Source: Cyanobacteria bacterium P01_D01_bin.156 (GTDB lineage Bacteria; Cyanobacteriota; Cyanobacteriia; Phormidesmidales; Phormidesmidaceae). From it: a stretch of 48,923 nucleotides of DNA. The stretch spans positions 1-48,923 of the forward strand of contig JBCCQQ010000049.1 of NCBI GenBank assembly GCA_039024555.1. The letters run 5' to 3'. A program made the translations under genes and the position numbers. The notes beneath the pieces are model-generated. The model saw nothing but the letters and a program-made list of their open reading frames with translations, did not search any database and was not told the origin of the DNA. Shown one piece after another: positions 16,237-25,527 of the stretch. Every line of letters begins with the position of its first letter. Positions within the stretch are counted from its first letter, which is position 1.

Positions 16237-17226
16237 CTAATCATTGTCTCTATGAGCCTCTTTAGCCGATGCAAGCGCATTAGAAAAAATACAGCGCCCC
16301 ATGGATAGGTCAAACATGTGTAGGTTGTATTCATTGGACAATGCTTCGAAGACCCGTAAACCTCGTACGCTATTGCCATTGTCATCAATGGGGGGTGAAA
16401 ATGTAGCGATTCCAGCTTTTCCTGGTACTACGGCTAAAATACCACCGGAAACACCACTCTTGGCCGGTATGCCAACTTTATATGCCCACTCACCAGCCCG
16501 GTTGTACATGCCACAGGTGTACATTACACTCAGCAGATCTCGCACGTAATCCTCATTGAGAGCTGGGCTCTGGGTGATGGGGTTTTTACCATGGTTAGCC
16601 AGAGTGGCCGCCATCGTGGCAAGGTCGCAACAGGTGACCATAATGGAACACTGTTGAAAATAAAGATCCAGGGCTGCATCAATATCCTTATCAATCATGC
16701 CAAAATTGAGCATTAGGTGAGCCATGGCCCGGTTACGATGGCCTGTAGCTCGTTCTGACATAAAGGTGGGCATGTCGATAAAAAGTTCGTGCCCGGTGTA
16801 GCGCTCAAACATAGCGAGCATACGGTTGAGTTTGTCAGTGGGACTATCCCCCTTCAACAAGCTAGTGGTGGCAATAGCCCCTGCATTAATCATGGGGTTG
16901 TAGGGGCGATGGGAGCCTTCATCTAGACGGATAATTGAATTAAACGGATCGCCAGTGGGTTCTACACCAACCTTTTTTAGTAAGATTTCGCGTCCATGAT
17001 CTTCTAGGGCTAACCCATGGGAAAAGATTTTGGAAATAGACTGAATCGTAAATTTTTGGTTGGTATCGCCAACATTGAATACCCGCCCATCGGTGGTGAC
17101 AATGCTGATCCCAAACCAATCCGGGTTAGCTTTCGATAATTCTGGAATGTAGGAAGCTAGATTACCCTGGTCTACACTGACATACATCTGGTGTAACTTT
17201 TCCAGAAATTGCTGTAGTTGAGTCAT
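16237..17226 (-). CDS. glsA: Glutaminase A
   Basis: [54 protein letters not shown] and GNSVRG. Confidence 0.96.
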   Translation of the reverse strand: MTQLQQFLEKLHQMYVSVDQGNLASYIPELSKANPDWFGISIVTTDGRVFNVGDTNQKFTIQSISKIFSHGLALEDHGREILLKKVGVEPTGDPFNSIIRLDEGSHRPYNPMINAGAIATTSLLKGDSPTDKLNRMLAMFERYTGHELFIDMPTFMSERATGHRNRAMAHLMLNFGMIDKDIDAALDLYFQQCSIMVTCCDLATMAATLANHGKNPITQSPALNEDYVRDLLSVMYTCGMYNRAGEWAYKVGIPAKSGVSGGILAVVPGKAGIATFSPPIDDNGNSVRGLRVFEALSNEYNLHMFDLSMGRCIFSNALASAKEAHRDND

Positions 17227-17368
17227 GGCGTAGCCCCCCAGATATATCCAGCAGTTTGCCATCTATCATAACGCTGGAGTAAACGTTATTCTGAGGATTT
17301 ACAGCACCTAGAAAATGCCTAAAATAGTCAGATAGCACTGATTTGAAGCCGACCTACTGAGTTCCACC

Positions 17369-19054
17369 ATGTCTACCTCCGAACCTATTCTTGCTCAACA
17401 AGCTCTTAGCGTTCTGGCCACACTGAGTTATCGAGATCGAGATCTTACGGGGTATTTAGAAAACCTAGCCAAAGGGATACAGGGTATTTTGGGGACTGAT
17501 TGGGCCGTAGTCACCCTCTGTTGGGATAATTCGGAGCAAATTCTAGCCAGTACCGTTGATTTGGGAACTGATTCCAATGAAATCTACGAACTCCATGGCA
17601 CCCTTACTGGGACCGTTGTCAAAACAGGGTGTTCTCTTACGGTAGAAAATTTTATAGAAGACCCTAGCCATGGTGAAGGCCCTGAAGGATATCGGGCCTA
17701 TTTAGGCGTCCCACTGCAAACATCATCTGGGACCACAATTGGCACTATTTGCACCTTTTGTCACCAGGTCCGAAAATTCTCCCCTGACCTGATTAATTTG
17801 GCGGAGCTATTTGCAGAGCGCGCGGCTACGGCTATCGACAATCATCAACTCTGGCAAAAGCAGCAGCAGTTTAATGAAGCCTTAGAGGCAGAGGTCATTA
17901 AACGCACCCAAGAATTAAGAACAGCCCAGTCTAAGTTGATGACGATTAATGCGGAGCTGGAGCAGCGGGTAACAGACCGTACTGCCGAACTGACAAAGCT
18001 GAATACTCAACTGCAGGACAGCGAAGAACGGTTACGGCGAATCTTTAATGCGTCCAATGATGCGATTTTTGTTATTGACCCCAGTAGCGATCGCATCCTA
18101 GAGGCTAACCCCCAGGCTGCACAGCTGCTGGGCTACAGTCGTGCAGAGCTTCTAGAAACGGTTCAGATTTCCACCGTTCACCCAGAAGAAATGCCGCAAC
18201 TATTAGACTTTAGTCAGTCTGTGCTGAAAACGGGACATGGCTGGACGGATCAGCTGACCTGTTTAACCAAAGCAGGTCAGGTGTTACCTGCAGAAATTTC
18301 TGCGGCTCCATTGGAATTTAATGGGCAGAACTGTATTGTAGCTATTGTTAGGGATATTAGCGATCGCAAACGAGCCGAACAAGCCCTCGCAGCCCTTGCA
18401 GAGATTGGCGAGCTGGCATCAATGATTGTCCACGAAGTGCGTAACCCCCTCACAACAGTAATGATGGGGCTTACCGCTCTGAAGAGTATTAAATTAGATG
18501 AGAGAAACAATACCCGCTTAGCACTTTCTCTGAGTGAAGCTCAGCGTCTAGAGGCTCTTCTCAATGAGATTTTACTCTACGCTAAACCCCAAAACTTACA
18601 AACGACCCCCGTCAATCTCACGAAGTTAATCGCAGATGTTGTAGACACGCTTCAAGCACAGCCTGTTGCTCAGAACCGACCCATTGTGCTCAAGATCCCT
18701 TCCGATGCCATCACCATTCAAGGAGACATGGATAAACTAAGACAGGTACTGATTAATTTGATCAGCAATGCTTGCGAAGCGGTGAATCCAGGTGAAACAG
18801 TCACTTGTTACTTAAAGGAGAACCATCATCAAACACACCTGAACATTCACAATGGTGGTACCCCTATTCCAGCAGAGATTTTGCCTAAGTTAACCCAGCC
18901 ATTTTTTACAACAAAATCTACTGGAACAGGCCTGGGCTTACCTATTGTTAAACGCATTGTTGAAGCTCATCAAGGTACCTTTAAAATTGAATCGACAGAA
19001 ACTACGGGAACAACCACATCAGTTGTTTTCCATAGGAGCTTCCACAATACATAA
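17369..19054 (+). CDS. GAF-PAS sensor histidine kinase
   Basis: GAF (YLGVPL, GTIC), coiled coil, PAS, IVHEVRNPL H-box, NLISNA, FFTTK and GTGLGL. Confidence 0.95.
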   Translation: MSTSEPILAQQALSVLATLSYRDRDLTGYLENLAKGIQGILGTDWAVVTLCWDNSEQILASTVDLGTDSNEIYELHGTLTGTVVKTGCSLTVENFIEDPSHGEGPEGYRAYLGVPLQTSSGTTIGTICTFCHQVRKFSPDLINLAELFAERAATAIDNHQLWQKQQQFNEALEAEVIKRTQELRTAQSKLMTINAELEQRVTDRTAELTKLNTQLQDSEERLRRIFNASNDAIFVIDPSSDRILEANPQAAQLLGYSRAELLETVQISTVHPEEMPQLLDFSQSVLKTGHGWTDQLTCLTKAGQVLPAEISAAPLEFNGQNCIVAIVRDISDRKRAEQALAALAEIGELASMIVHEVRNPLTTVMMGLTALKSIKLDERNNTRLALSLSEAQRLEALLNEILLYAKPQNLQTTPVNLTKLIADVVDTLQAQPVAQNRPIVLKIPSDAITIQGDMDKLRQVLINLISNACEAVNPGETVTCYLKENHHQTHLNIHNGGTPIPAEILPKLTQPFFTTKSTGTGLGLPIVKRIVEAHQGTFKIESTETTGTTTSVVFHRSFHNT

Positions 19055-19164
19055 TCTCTTTCAGCATCAGTAGGTTGAAGACAAAGACTATTCAAGGGTC
19101 AGCACTGCTATTTCAAAAACATTTTGAGTAGTTAACACCACTAAACCTAGATACTGTAAAAATT

Positions 19165-19255
19165 GCCGTTGCTGATTTAGAGGATGAAACGATCTGTACA
19201 CCCGTTCAGAGTTCTGGATTTGGCAGATAAAATCATCCCGAGGATCAGCAACGCC
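19165..19255. mobile_element. 91-bp MITE-like element, copy 2 (inverted relative to copy 1)
   Basis: GCCGTTGCTGATT...GATCAGCAACGCC; its reverse complement aligns with 9680-9770 at both ends. Confidence 0.7.
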
Positions 19256-19991
19256 CTAAAATTAATACCTATGTCGCCATGCGTGAATAGCTCATTTCAA
19301 CAATACATTTGGCATTGAAAAAATCTATCAATAGTATGTGCTATCTGGCCTTTAAAGGCATTAGCAGCTTTTTTCCCAGCCATACTATGATCTGACTTCC
19401 AAAGTCCATACATTCATCAGAAACATTCAATCTATCCTTAACGTCTTGTGGCTTGAGTTGACTATTGGTCAATGACAATATGCGAAGTTCACTGGGCATT
19501 GGGGCATCTTGATACTGAGTGACAGTGCCCCGTCCTTAAATGTCTATCAGTCATAGTGTTGAGAGGTAAATGGTAATCCTAACGATGAGATGCCCGATTA
19601 TAGCTATACAAGCACTAAAAAAATATTTATTAGATAGTTAGCCCTCTTAAAACAGCCTCTTTTCTCTTTAAAGAGAAAAATACTTAAATCAAACATAGAT
19701 AGTGTGATGAATACTTTGAGAGGATTGTCGAAGCTGTTTCAACATTAAGCATATGCGTTGGTGGCAATGTAAAAAATATGCTCCAAGATCTCTGCATTAT
19801 CAACTATATTCATCCAATCTTATCCTGGTGTGTTTTTAAGCCGTAGTAGAAGTTATTGACTGACGTTCGTACCGAATTTTGTTCTATTCTTTGGTGTGTT
19901 ATTGATTCTTGTATCTACCGTATTTATACTGCATTGAATTTGTCCACAGGAGCTTTTGGGGTCTGTCCTAGGACACGTACAGAGTGATACT

Positions 19992-22232
19992 ATGAAATAT
20001 GCATTTATTAAGCAGCCCAGAGAAGAAGATTGTGGCATAGCGTGTATTGCCATGGTGGCTAAACACTATGGGCAGCAGCTTTCTCTTACTCGAGTGCGTG
20101 AGTTAGTGGGCACAGGTCGCCTTGGTACATCCCTATTAGGGTTACAGCAAGGGGCTCAAGCATTAGGCTTTCAAGCCCGATCAGGCCAAGCCACCGATGA
20201 CATTTTTAACCGTATTCATCGTCTACCATTGCCCGCTATTCTCCACTGGGGAAACGATCGCTGGGTGGTGTTGTATGGCAAAAGACGAGATCGATTTGTA
20301 ATCGCTGACCCCGGAAGCGGTATTCAACATCTCAGTGCGGCAGATATTAAGCGCAACTGGGGGGATGGTGCCATGCTTTTGATGGTGCCAGATGATACTT
20401 TCTATCGGCTATCAACCCAAAAGAGTAGTCGAGTTGCCGGCATTTTTCAGCAAATCTGGCCTTATCGTCTTTCTCTACTCCAAGTTTTTGCATACAGTCT
20501 TCTTATCGGCCTATTATCCCTGGCGACTCCTATCGCAGTACAGTTCATTATTGATGATGTGCTGATCGCTGGAGATAGTGATTTACTACCCAAAATAACC
20601 CTGGCAGCCCTAGGATTTTGGCTTATACAAGGCCTATTGAACCTTGTTCAAGTGAATGTTCTAGCCAATACCTTTCAGCGGCTAGAACTAGGACTCACCT
20701 TAGAGTTTGCACGTAAGCTATTGCGCTTACCCTTGAACTACTACGAAACTCGACGTAGCGGAGAGTTCTCTAACTACCTCAAAGATATTTCTCGAATTAA
20801 TGAGCTGATTGTAGATGGAGCCATGCAGCTGCCTGGACTGTTTTTTACAGCCTTGGCCGCGTTCGGCTGTATGCTGTTTTTCTACAACAGATTGTTAATA
20901 TTAGTCTCTCTTGTGACGGCAATCCTTATGCTGGTCGTAACCCTAGGGCTATTACCTGTCTTTCAAAATCGTATTCAGCATTTATTAACCCTTAATGTGA
21001 AAAACCAAGCACTACTGGGAGAAATTTTTAGGGGAGCGACTACCTTCAAAACCACCACCGCTCAACCGCAGCTTTGGAAAGAGATTCAAGGGCGCTTTGG
21101 CAATTTGGCCAGTAGAAAGGCAGATATGCTTCAGCTTGGATTTCTCACCAGCCAAATTGCCACACTTATTCGTGGGGTTGGAAGCATTGTGGCTTTTTGG
21201 CTGGGGAGCACGATGGTAATAGCCCAGTCGCTGACGTTTGGACAGCTTTTGGGCTTTAGTATTCTGAGTTATAGCTTTTTAGAGCTAATTAGCTTCATCG
21301 TTAAGTTTTCGCATAGGCTCATGGAAATTAAAACGTCATTGCAACAGTTTGATGACGTTGTCGAAGTTGAAGAAGAAAGTCCTGAAGATTGGCTCAAGCC
21401 TCTGGCTGAAATTCCCTCGGATGGAGATATTGTCTTTAATCAAGTCAACTTTCACTATCCAGGTCGCTTTAATTTACTAGAAACCTTTTCTCTGAAAATT
21501 CCAGGGGGTAAATTTTCTGCCATTGTGGGCGCTTCTGGATCTGGGAAAAGCACGATTGCGAAGATTTTGGCAGGTTTGCATCCCTATCAGTCTGGAGAAA
21601 TTTTAGTGGGTCCCCACAGCCTGCGTGATTTATCTACAGACTGTGTGAGACGACAAGTTATTTTAGTCTCCCAAACAACTCACTTTTGGAGTCGTTCCAT
21701 CTTAGAAAATTTCCAGCTTTGTGCTCCTACTGTGACGTTCAAAGAAATTGCAGCAGCTTGTAAGATTACGGGGGCAGACACATTTATCGACAAATTGCCC
21801 AATGGATATAGAACCGTGCTAGGTGAACACGGTTCTACTCTTTCAGGAGGGCAACTCCAACGTTTAGCGATTGCTCGAGCACTGATATTAAAGCCTGCAG
21901 TTTTAATTTTAGATGAATCCACAGCCGCGTTAGATCCCATCAGCGAGGCTGAGCTGTTACAGCGATTGATGGTTCATCGTAAAGGTCATACAACCGTCTT
22001 AATTAGTCACCGGTCCAGCATCAATAGAATTGTTGATTGGATAGTTGTCGTCAATGACGGGACCACGGTTATGGCGGGTTCTCCTAAGTCCCTATTAGGA
22101 CGGCAGGGAGAACATTTACAGTTTTTAGAAGGAGAACTTCCACCTAATGTGGGAGACACTTCAAAATATTTAATTGCCAACGCAAAAGAGTCATCAGCTC
22201 TTTCTGCACTTCCTGGTCATCTGGAAAAATAA
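19992..22232 (+). CDS. Peptidase C39 domain-containing ABC transporter (PCAT 1)
   Basis: QPREEDCGIAC, ABC membrane domain, GASGSGKS, LSGGQ, ILDESTAALD and SHR. The catalytic His position reads HWGNDRW. Confidence 0.95.
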   Translation: MKYAFIKQPREEDCGIACIAMVAKHYGQQLSLTRVRELVGTGRLGTSLLGLQQGAQALGFQARSGQATDDIFNRIHRLPLPAILHWGNDRWVVLYGKRRDRFVIADPGSGIQHLSAADIKRNWGDGAMLLMVPDDTFYRLSTQKSSRVAGIFQQIWPYRLSLLQVFAYSLLIGLLSLATPIAVQFIIDDVLIAGDSDLLPKITLAALGFWLIQGLLNLVQVNVLANTFQRLELGLTLEFARKLLRLPLNYYETRRSGEFSNYLKDISRINELIVDGAMQLPGLFFTALAAFGCMLFFYNRLLILVSLVTAILMLVVTLGLLPVFQNRIQHLLTLNVKNQALLGEIFRGATTFKTTTAQPQLWKEIQGRFGNLASRKADMLQLGFLTSQIATLIRGVGSIVAFWLGSTMVIAQSLTFGQLLGFSILSYSFLELISFIVKFSHRLMEIKTSLQQFDDVVEVEEESPEDWLKPLAEIPSDGDIVFNQVNFHYPGRFNLLETFSLKIPGGKFSAIVGASGSGKSTIAKILAGLHPYQSGEILVGPHSLRDLSTDCVRRQVILVSQTTHFWSRSILENFQLCAPTVTFKEIAAACKITGADTFIDKLPNGYRTVLGEHGSTLSGGQLQRLAIARALILKPAVLILDESTAALDPISEAELLQRLMVHRKGHTTVLISHRSSINRIVDWIVVVNDGTTVMAGSPKSLLGRQGEHLQFLEGELPPNVGDTSKYLIANAKESSALSALPGHLEK

Positions 22233-22279
22233 TTTTAGTCAATACTTGTTTATTATCACTTTCAGCATAAGTGTTCTCC

Positions 22280-23446
22280 ATGAAACATGATGATGCCTTG
22301 TCTAATTCGCTGTTCGATTCGTTGAATCAAGGAACAGAGTCAGAAGCTTTGGAGTCTGACAAAGCTCACAAATTAGCGATTGATCGCGCTAATGTAGTAT
22401 CTGCGCTAGCCCCTGTAAAACGTTTCGAACCTAGGCAGTCGGTTAGCGAAAATTCTGAAAATGCTACAGTTCCCATCGTTGATAGCTTCTTGCCTGCCCC
22501 CAATCGCTGGTTGATTATTGGTGGGTTAGGACTAGCTGGGGTACTTGGCTTAAGTGCCATTTTTCTGACATCGTTGCCCCATCGCACAATTGTTAAAGCA
22601 AAAGTCAAGGTTGAACCGGTGGCAGAACCCCGGGTCTTACAGTCTGGAGCGGGGGGAACTGTCGCCAGTATTCGTGTACAGAACTATGACTCATTAAAAC
22701 CAAATCAGGTGATAGCCTCTTTCGAAAATCCTGATCTATATTCACAATTGAGCGAGCTACAAGCAAGAATTAGCCAAACTCAACAGCAACTCAAACAACT
22801 CAATGATGAGCTGATCGCGATAGAAGAGCGTCAGGCATCTGGCAGATGGTTGGCATTTAAAGTTCCTCAAGGTCAGTTTGAATATTCGAAAAGATTGCTG
22901 CTAGATAATCAAAATGAGCTGCAACAGCGGTTGACTGTACAACAACAGCAGTTAGCTAATGTTCAGGAACAAATAGATAATACGACCATTTATACGCCCC
23001 TTGCTGGTACCGTTTATGACTTAGAAATAAAAAACGTAGGTCAAACAGTTGCTGCAGGTGAGCCGATTGCTAAAATTATTTCTAAAGATATTCCTTTGGA
23101 AATTAAAGCCTTGGTCTCTGACAGTGATGTAAATATTATTAAAGTAGGTTCACCTACCCAGATCAATCTGGCAAGCTGTGCATATTCTAATTTTGGAATC
23201 TTAGAAGGAGAGGTTGCTGATATCCAAGCATTAACCCCAGAGCTTGCTGAAGGGTTCACAGCTGAAGATGGCCTTTCTCCAAATTTTGACCAACATATGG
23301 TAACTATCGTGGCTAAGCCAGATAATAGTAGACAGCAGACCTGTAAGGTGTTGCCTGGAGTAAACGGTGAGGTTAATATCATCGCTAGGCAGGAACGATT
23401 CTTGAACTTTGTTTTAAGGAAACTACGTTTTAGCAGTAACGTGTAG
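22280..23446 (+). CDS. HlyD-family membrane fusion protein
   Basis: N-terminal TM, lipoyl-like halves flanking a Gln-rich coiled coil, IYTPLAGTV and CAYSNFGILEGEV. Confidence 0.9.
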   Translation: MKHDDALSNSLFDSLNQGTESEALESDKAHKLAIDRANVVSALAPVKRFEPRQSVSENSENATVPIVDSFLPAPNRWLIIGGLGLAGVLGLSAIFLTSLPHRTIVKAKVKVEPVAEPRVLQSGAGGTVASIRVQNYDSLKPNQVIASFENPDLYSQLSELQARISQTQQQLKQLNDELIAIEERQASGRWLAFKVPQGQFEYSKRLLLDNQNELQQRLTVQQQQLANVQEQIDNTTIYTPLAGTVYDLEIKNVGQTVAAGEPIAKIISKDIPLEIKALVSDSDVNIIKVGSPTQINLASCAYSNFGILEGEVADIQALTPELAEGFTAEDGLSPNFDQHMVTIVAKPDNSRQQTCKVLPGVNGEVNIIARQERFLNFVLRKLRFSSNV

Positions 23447-23460
23447 TAATTTTTAAGAGT

Positions 23461-24087
23461 ATGTTGGAATCGGCTGACAACCCACAACAGGATGAGTTAT
23501 TTCCATCTAGGAGCGATGAATTGACGCTGGTGGATGTTTCTGTGGTTGCCGAAGAGCTGGCATTGGATGCAACGTCCACCTCTCCCCAACAGATTTCTAA
23601 ACCAACATCAGGGACCTATACGATAGAGCTTTTTCGTGATGAAGCACAGGTGACGGCCACTGAGCTCTTGTATGGCGATAGCATTTATGTCTTAAACGAT
23701 ATCGATGCGTTGCAAATTCTAAAGCTGCAGCGTAGACGTTCTGTTATTCAGAAAAAGCTGAGTAATTTCTTGGCTGGTGTGCTGATTACCTTTGGTTTGG
23801 TGCTAATGCTTAGCCCCTTATTTTGGTTGATAAAGCTTTTTGGTCTTCTGTTAACCTTGGCTAGTGTAGGCTACGTTGTTTATTTCAACTGGTGGATTGA
23901 ACAGCGTAGACGAGGGGAGTTTGGTTTGTTGCTGACCACTAAGCTCAATACTCAAGTTGTGATTACCAGTCATAATCTCAAAGCTATTCAATCCCTTTAC
24001 CAAATTATGTTTGGGCGTTTAGATGGTGGAAATATCCACGGTGAACCTTTAACGGTCAATATGTACACAGGTGAAACAGTAGGCTAG
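23461..24087 (+). CDS. Hypothetical two-TM protein (DUF6232-like)
   Basis: 208-aa ORF starting 14 bp after HlyD, with a hydrophobic hairpin; family call tentative. Confidence 0.6.
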   Translation: MLESADNPQQDELFPSRSDELTLVDVSVVAEELALDATSTSPQQISKPTSGTYTIELFRDEAQVTATELLYGDSIYVLNDIDALQILKLQRRRSVIQKKLSNFLAGVLITFGLVLMLSPLFWLIKLFGLLLTLASVGYVVYFNWWIEQRRRGEFGLLLTTKLNTQVVITSHNLKAIQSLYQIMFGRLDGGNIHGEPLTVNMYTGETVG

Positions 24088-24120
24088 TTCACCCGTGATG
24101 AGCCAGCTCGTCCTTGGATG

Positions 24121-25455
24121 TTAAAGCTGGGTTATTAGCCTGAGCTTGCGCCATACCATTCTCAGAATGGTATCTTCTTGGGTCAAAATGTCAGCTTGCC
24201 CTGTCATCCCAGCTTGTAACTGACAGTCTCGAGTTTGATCGCTGAGAGAAGTGCGAGAAAGCTGGAGTGTTACTTCGTAGAGTCCACCATCAGCGTTCGT
24301 GCTCACTCTATCTGGAATCGCATTGGGAGCAACGGTATCTGGGGAAATCGTCTGGAATGTTGCGTCTAAAGTACCATAGTCAGTGTAGGGACATGCAGAG
24401 ATTCGTAATTGTACGGCTTGTTGTCGGTCAATTCTAATAATGTCCTGGGGATTGACCCAGGCTTTTGCTACGAGTAAATCGTCATCAGCGGCAATTTCAG
24501 CAATAGACTCTCCCGCCGTTACGACTTGAGCATGGTTGCGCAATTCTAGAGATTGGATAGTACCGGCCACAGGGGCTTTGAGGGTGAGTCTGGTAATTTC
24601 TTCTTCAGTTTGAACCAGATCTTTTTGGGTTTGGTTAAGCTGATTGAAAAGATCGCTACGTTGCTGAATTAAGGTTTCTGCTTCCTGTTGTAGTTGGGCT
24701 AAGGTGGCATTCCCTTCGGCATGGGTCTGGGCAATTTGCTGTTGAGCGATGATGACTTCCGCCGCACTTGGCTGGGCTGTAACTTTGGCTTGTTCGTAGT
24801 TAGCGAGCGCTGATTCTAAAGTAACTTCTCGTTCTCGTAACTGACTGGTTGCGATCGCACCTTCATCTACCAGCTGCCGATAGCTATCCACATTTTCTTG
24901 AGCCAGATCCACTTCAGCCTTTAGCCGTCGCAAATCAGACTGGTTGACTAGCCGAGTTTCCTGTAGTTGCTGCTGAGCTAAAGCCAATTCTGCTGTACTA
25001 GCCTTTAAATTGCCTTCAATTTGGGCTACCGTCGCCTTGATACGTTGATCAACCGATTTCAGCTGATTGTCCAGCTGTAGCACCTGCTGTTCCAGCTGGA
25101 TTACACTGGTGCGTAATTGAGCAGCTTGATTTTGCAGTTCTGTATCATCTAGGTAGGCAATCACATCCCCTACTTTCACCTGTTGATTTTCCTCCACCAA
25201 GATCTCACGCACTTGCCCTGGGACCGTTGCCTCAACAAAGCGGAGCTCCCCAGCAGGACGGATAACAGCCGGTATCCTCACAGTTTCACGCACCGTAATT
25301 ACTTGAGCCAGGGTTAACATGGTTAAAACGCTAACCACACCCGCCAGCCCTCCCAATCGCTGCCATCGATCCATCGGGGGTAAGAAATCAGTCGGTATCG
25401 CTGGACTAATTGCCGCTGGATTAACCTGGGAAACATTTGATATATCGCTCTGCAT
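24121..25455 (-). CDS. HlyD-family membrane fusion protein
   Basis: IRPAGELRFVEA, long coiled coil, LKAPVAGTI, ACPYTDYGTL and LQAGMTGQADI. Confidence 0.93.
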   Translation of the reverse strand: MQSDISNVSQVNPAAISPAIPTDFLPPMDRWQRLGGLAGVVSVLTMLTLAQVITVRETVRIPAVIRPAGELRFVEATVPGQVREILVEENQQVKVGDVIAYLDDTELQNQAAQLRTSVIQLEQQVLQLDNQLKSVDQRIKATVAQIEGNLKASTAELALAQQQLQETRLVNQSDLRRLKAEVDLAQENVDSYRQLVDEGAIATSQLREREVTLESALANYEQAKVTAQPSAAEVIIAQQQIAQTHAEGNATLAQLQQEAETLIQQRSDLFNQLNQTQKDLVQTEEEITRLTLKAPVAGTIQSLELRNHAQVVTAGESIAEIAADDDLLVAKAWVNPQDIIRIDRQQAVQLRISACPYTDYGTLDATFQTISPDTVAPNAIPDRVSTNADGGLYEVTLQLSRTSLSDQTRDCQLQAGMTGQADILTQEDTILRMVWRKLRLITQL

Positions 25456-25527
25456 AGTTAGTCCACAATATCTACAATCTTCAAAAGAACAAAATTATTT
25501 TGAAAGCACCATTGGTCGTAGAGAGTT

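Noticed and set aside
19055..19991. Long spacer upstream of PCAT1 as a site for a precursor peptide or ncRNA
   Set aside because: No double-glycine leader ORF or recognisable RNA family was found by eye apart from the MITE; the ORF at 19853-20053 is antisense and overlaps PCAT1.
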